Positions 58,774 to 64,000 of a stretch of 64,000 nt of DNA are shown here, one piece after another. Every line of letters begins with the position of its first letter. The stretch's first letter is position 1. The notes below the pieces were generated by a model that was not told the DNA's origin, did not search any database, and saw nothing but the letters and a program-made list of their open reading frames with translations. Position numbers and translations under genes: made by a program. Source of the stretch: Podarcis cretensis. Taxonomy: Eukaryota. The stretch is from assembly GCA_951804945.1 (NCBI GenBank), contig OX638151.1, positions 47,864,001 through 47,928,000 on the forward strand, read 5' to 3'.

Positions 58774-60869
58774 TAATATGACATCCTACTGCTGCAGAGT
58801 TCTTGCGACTGAACCTGCAGCTAGTCCCAGAACATGTTTCAAGATGAAATGAGGTGCAATTGACGAATATCTTTTCAAGTTCATTTTTTACCTACCTCAC
58901 AGTTGTACCTGGACTTCAGAGATGAATAAATAGTTCATCAATTTCATGTGGCAGAGGGAACTCAATCTGAGGAATGGCTTGGGATGGATGAAGTTTCCCA
59001 GTGTGGCTCTCCCCCTGGAAAAGAGGGATCCATTGCATAGGAGATGCACTTTGAAGGACTAGCACTGAACTGGGCTAAGGCTTGAAGAGCATTAGAAAAA
59101 GAATAGCTTTTTGTTGCTATCTAGAAGGACCCATTATTTCATAATTACACAAAGAAGCTAGAACTGGCTATAGGGAGATGCTCTTAAAGCTTCCTTTGAT
59201 CACAGCAATGTTTTTTATCCACTCCTTCCATCTTACGAGGCCATGTTTGCTTCAGTTTTATGGCAACATCTTGGCAGGGTGCCACTTGGACTCATGGTAG
59301 GGAAGGTATGAAAGAATGGCAAAATGAGTGAGAGGGATAAATGGAATCCGCAGCTGTTAAACCACAAGAAAAGAAAGTCTGGCCAAGACACACACACCAC
59401 CAGATGAGATAACGTGCCCACAGAGCTATACATGTGTGGAACCAGTCACAGAAAGGCTCCTATGCGCCAAACTTGGTGTTTGGCAAATTCTTATCTGTCA
59501 TCATCGCTTGTATAATTAGTCATGTGCTTCACTGACATAAACCACAATTAGTGCCAGCTCCACCAAATATCAACTGGGTTAAAAAGAAAGAAAGACGTCA
59601 CAGATTCAGGCCTAGACTGCAACATGGATAGGACTTTTATTTGGTTTAGCAGTGTGGAGCACCTCTTCAGCAAGGGTACACCAAGGCAGTTGACTTGCAG
59701 CTTGCTGAGGACACAGAGTGTAGCCTCTGTCCATTAGCAAAGCAGGTTGTTCACCTATGGAAGCCTTATAAGCCCTATTGAGGCACTGCGGTTGTGATGG
59801 GAAAACGTCAACAGAAAAGGGCTTTAGGGTCACGCCTCCAAGGGTGGGCGACCTGTGGCCATCCAGATGCTGAACTACAGCTTCCAACATCCCTGACCAT
59901 TGAACATGCTAACTAGGGCTGATGGGAATTGGAGTCCAACAGCATCTCGAAAGCCACAGGTTCCCCACTCCTGCCCAGGTGGAAGCTACTATCTATTAAA
60001 AACACCACCGCCAAAATGCCCATAGGGTGATTCTGCTTCTGTTCATCATATCTGGCAATAATACGTTTCTCATCTTCTTCTACTGACCAGTGAGGAATCT
60101 TAATTATAAATACTAGCTTGGAAACAACTGAGAAACCATTGTTCAAGAACAGGTAGGCAGAGATTCTCACACCTCCACAGGACGCTTGCTGCTTGATTTT
60201 AAAATAATGTAGTAGCCTGTGGGAGGGCAAGTTAGGGATTATGCTATAATTGGCATTATGTTATCTGGAAGAACTTGCTCTGCCCATGCAAGTCGAAGAC
60301 TCTGCTTCTTCAAACATGTGCTGCTTGTTGTGCATGTCTGGCTGTAGCGATTAGAGAGATAAATGATGAAAAGGCATGGGAGGTTTTTCCCCCTCTTCCT
60401 TTTTTATTTTTGCACGTATGGATGGATGTTAAAATACCAGCCCACATGGGCCCCTCAGCTCCTCAGGGTAGCTCACAATGATACTACTGAGAGAAACTGC
60501 AACAATGAAAATGTAAATAAAACAGAAATCAGGAAGGGAAAAAAAGCAAGCGAGTAGTGGGAAGCTTTGCAACTCTCCCCAAAATGCCCCCAAAAATCAT
60601 GCAAATAAGTTACTGGATAGTAACACCAACTGCCAGGTAAAATATAAAGCCAGATCAATTGCTGACCCTGTAAGACTGCAAGAACAGAAGGTTTTATGAT
60701 CCTCTTAATGCACATAAGTAGAAGTGCTGGGACTGGGAATTATAGAGTAGGTTCACTCCACAGCTGAGAAGAATGGGCTCCTTGTGCCAGGTGCCCTAGC
60801 CTCAGACAAAGTTGGCACACAGAGCTGAGCCTCACCTGGCAACCAAAAACCTGAATTAGATTTGAAATT

Positions 60870-61120
60870 GACGATAAGTGAGATTGAGGGAAACATAAAA
60901 TTTGTGGAGAATAGATTAAATTAACTGAACAAAATTTAAGAATATAAACAAGATGATAAATTGCTGGGAAAAATTTATAACGATGTAAGTGGGAGTGGGA
61001 GACGTGAGGGAGTCCAAAGAAGTTCTGAAAAATGTGTTATGATTCATGTTATATTGTTTATTATTTTTGTATTTTGTATTTAAAAAAAAAATTTCAATAA
61101 ATATTTATTAAAAAAAAAAA
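60870..61120 (+). mobile_element. L1 3'UTR fragment with poly(A)
   Basis: GA.GTGAGG.AGTCCAAAG...AATAAATATT..(A)n is similar to the reverse complement of 57072-57200. Confidence 0.65.
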
Positions 61121-64000
61121 GAAGAAGAGGATCACAAATTGGATCTAGATATTTCCCTTTCATCCAAACCTGGGATTGGTTACTGGAACTTTAAATATAA
61201 GCTTAGTCATGCCATCTACATGGACTCAATACATTATGTCAATAATAAACACTGTTATTGATATAATTACATAAAAATAACTCTGCTGGATCAGATCAAA
61301 ACCCAATCTAGCCCAGTATCCTGTTCTCACAGTGGCGAACCAGATGTATATGGGAAGAAGTTTTAGAAGAAGACCTGGACCAAAAGCACAGCAGAGTCTC
61401 TCTTCTGCAGAAATCCTATACAGGTGTGTGAGCACAGGTATGTTTTTCCTGCCAGAGAAAAAAATGCCTTACTAGGAGCTTAGCTCACCTTCTTTGTTCC
61501 TCTGCCAGCAGACTCCTTAACAATGCTTTTAATTATCCTGCTCAGTAAATTTCAGTGAAATGTATCCAGTCAGAAGTAAGTTCTGCTGAATTCAGTGGGG
61601 ATTTCACCCACTGTCAGCCTTTGTTTCCTTAATGCCATGTTCATCCTTGCCATTAGGCAGTGTACAAACTCCCATTTACTCTGCACCCAGTGCTCTCTCA
61701 CACTGGTTTGAGCCACAATCCATATCTATCCTGTAGTTCATATGCACCAACTCCCCGGGGTCGTGGGTGCCCAGGCCACAAAATTTTAAATGAAGGGGCC
61801 TCCCACATTTCCCTTCATCATTTCCAAAGCTCCATCATTTCCCTTCATCATTTCCAAAGCTTTCTTCGACTGCACATAAGCCAAACCCCACTTCATTTTA
61901 ATACCCCTGCTTATTCCTGGCCATCATTTGATAAGTCTGTGGATAAGTCTGTGGAGAAAAGATGGAAGTCCTCAGAAACTTCTGGTAAATAACTCTGCAG
62001 ATCCTGGTTTTGACAGTGCTGGCAACTCTTTGCTGGAGGCACTAGTAAGATCTGGGACACACGAAAACATAACACACCCATTTGGGAGCAGATCATGAAC
62101 ACTATTCAAATTTCACTTTCCCTGCAGCTACCTTGTGTAACAACATTAGTTGGCAAGTTACTCATTACGCGTATCTCATGAATCTTTCGTTGGTCCATGA
62201 TGAAGTTGCCAACACTGTTATTTTCCATATAGATTCATATTTGGAAGAATTTAATTCCCAAATGGAAGAAACAGCCTTGTAGTTATCTACAATTCTTTTG
62301 ACAAGTCTTGTTTCCTCATGTGTTGGTGTCTGTAAGAATGCTGCATTTTTCATTAACTTGCATCTTACACTGCAGTTTCAAATTGCTTGGTCTATCTGGT
62401 TGTAACAACCCACATTTGTAAAGACCGGAGGGTAATGCATTACACATGAAGATCTTTATCATGAAGCTGGCATAATGGTTTCTTTAAGAATGTAATTTAA
62501 AAGGAAAGTTAAAGCCCCCATCCTTCATTTGGCACATACCCAACATTCCTACAGAAATTCTACTTATATTTCTTCCCCACCCCCTTCAATGTAAGGTAAT
62601 GATATTTTTGTTGAACCAATACAGTATGTGTCAGAGTTTTTAGGCCAGAATTCTAATCATACTTATGTGGGAACTGGTTCTACTGGGTTCAGCCTTTGTA
62701 AATTTGCTTACAATGGCAGCCCTGTGTCTATATTAAATGTGGTAGATTAGGGTTCTAATATCACAGTCAATACTCTGCTACTAACTATGCAAAATGGTGT
62801 TCAGCCATTTAGAATTGCAGCTATGACCTAATTCTTAGGTACCATGCTTGCTGCCAAGAAACCAATCTGTGTGGGCTCCTATCAATGCAATAAGTTCATT
62901 ATGGGAAATGGTTCCAGCAATTTCCCACCACGCAAGGGAACCTCCTATTGATAAGTAGGTGTTTCCTTGGCGTAGTTGAAAATGGCCCAACCAGTGTGGG
63001 TGTTCACATGGATAGCCTACTAGGTAGATTAGAATCCATAAAGTTTGACTTCCTGGTGACAATCACACAGTTGGAGTAGCACGTAGGAGTCCTACAGTTC
63101 CCAGAGTTCCCTGGGAAGAGAGACTGGCTGTTAAGCTGCCCTGAGAATTGTAGCTCTGGCCTCCTAACAACGCTAATCATCCTTAACAAACTACAGTTCC
63201 CAGGATTCTTTGGGGGAAGCCACAACTGTTTAAATGGTGTGATACTGAATACTGAGGGGGCTCAAGTCAACATACGCTAGGTGACTGAAAAGCTTGGGCA
63301 AATAAAAATGTCTAAACACCTGCAACAAATAGAAAGGGAATTTAATTATTTGAGTGAAGTAAAACAACAACAACCATCTCCTCCTGTTAAAAGTATCAGA
63401 AAAAATGGCCTCACCTTAATCAGTCCCTGGTGTTTTGGCTTTTTGTTTGACCTATTATATGACTCATCAAGTGTGTGTGTTCCTCAAACAGTCTCAGATT
63501 TAGCTGGTGAGCACTAGGCAAGCTACATCCTTGCATGGCATATTGCAGTGTTGCCATAGCAACAGACACAGGATGAGTTAGCAAGCGCAAGGAGCCGCAG
63601 TTGGGCTAAGTAGGTTAGAATGAAATGGAGGCCAAGGATTCTCTTTTATCCTCTGTGAGACCCTGCCAGCAACCCCCACTCCTGCCTGGAGTATCAAAAA
63701 TATGATTACATTAACAGCACTGGCGTTCAGGCAGAATCCACCACAATATTATGCTATGTCTGGATATATAAGCTGGATACACACACACACACACACACAC
63801 TGTAATAATTCTGTGAAGGTTTGTTGAGGAATTTAATCACATAACTGGTAACAAGGATGAACATTCAACATATAGAAGCAGAAAAGGGCTGTATTTTCCT
63901 TGGAATGAGGAGAGGTGCATTCAGGACACATTGCGAATAATATGCAAAGGATTCCTGGCAGGAGATACTCTACACAGCGCCAACAGCTGGGGAGTCAGGA

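Noticed and set aside
61805-61955. Short tandem duplications (30-bp and 12-bp units)
   Set aside because: Ordinary slippage-type duplications with no further structure.

Overview
Vertebrate (squamate, most likely lacertid lizard) genomic DNA. All genes are on the + strand and in the same order as mammalian 1q42: the last four coding exons and 3'UTR of ARID4B (to ~5.2 kb), complete RBM34 (11 exons, 15402-25275, 425 aa) and complete TOMM20 (5 exons, 27673-34718, 146 aa), with the H/ACA snoRNA SNORA14 in TOMM20 intron 1. About 29 kb of gene-free, repeat-rich sequence follows, including a 534-N gap. Mobile DNA includes an intact full-length RTE-BovB LINE, six young Sauria-type SINEs, two Penelope-like inserts, L1/L2/CR1 remnants, solo LTRs, and pogo/Tc1-type and hAT MITEs. 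Highlights: (1) the BovB 5' end folds into an HDV-like self-cleaving ribozyme that starts exactly where the element starts; (2) the Penelope inserts carry minimal hammerhead ribozyme motifs (two intact, one G12A-dead, one deleted); (3) two independent cases of repeat insertion into exactly the same target site (triple TSDs); (4) a MITE carrying an 89-bp hairpin minisatellite and a perfect 62-bp palindrome. All calls were made by eye, and homology to named families rests on remembered sequences, not database searches.
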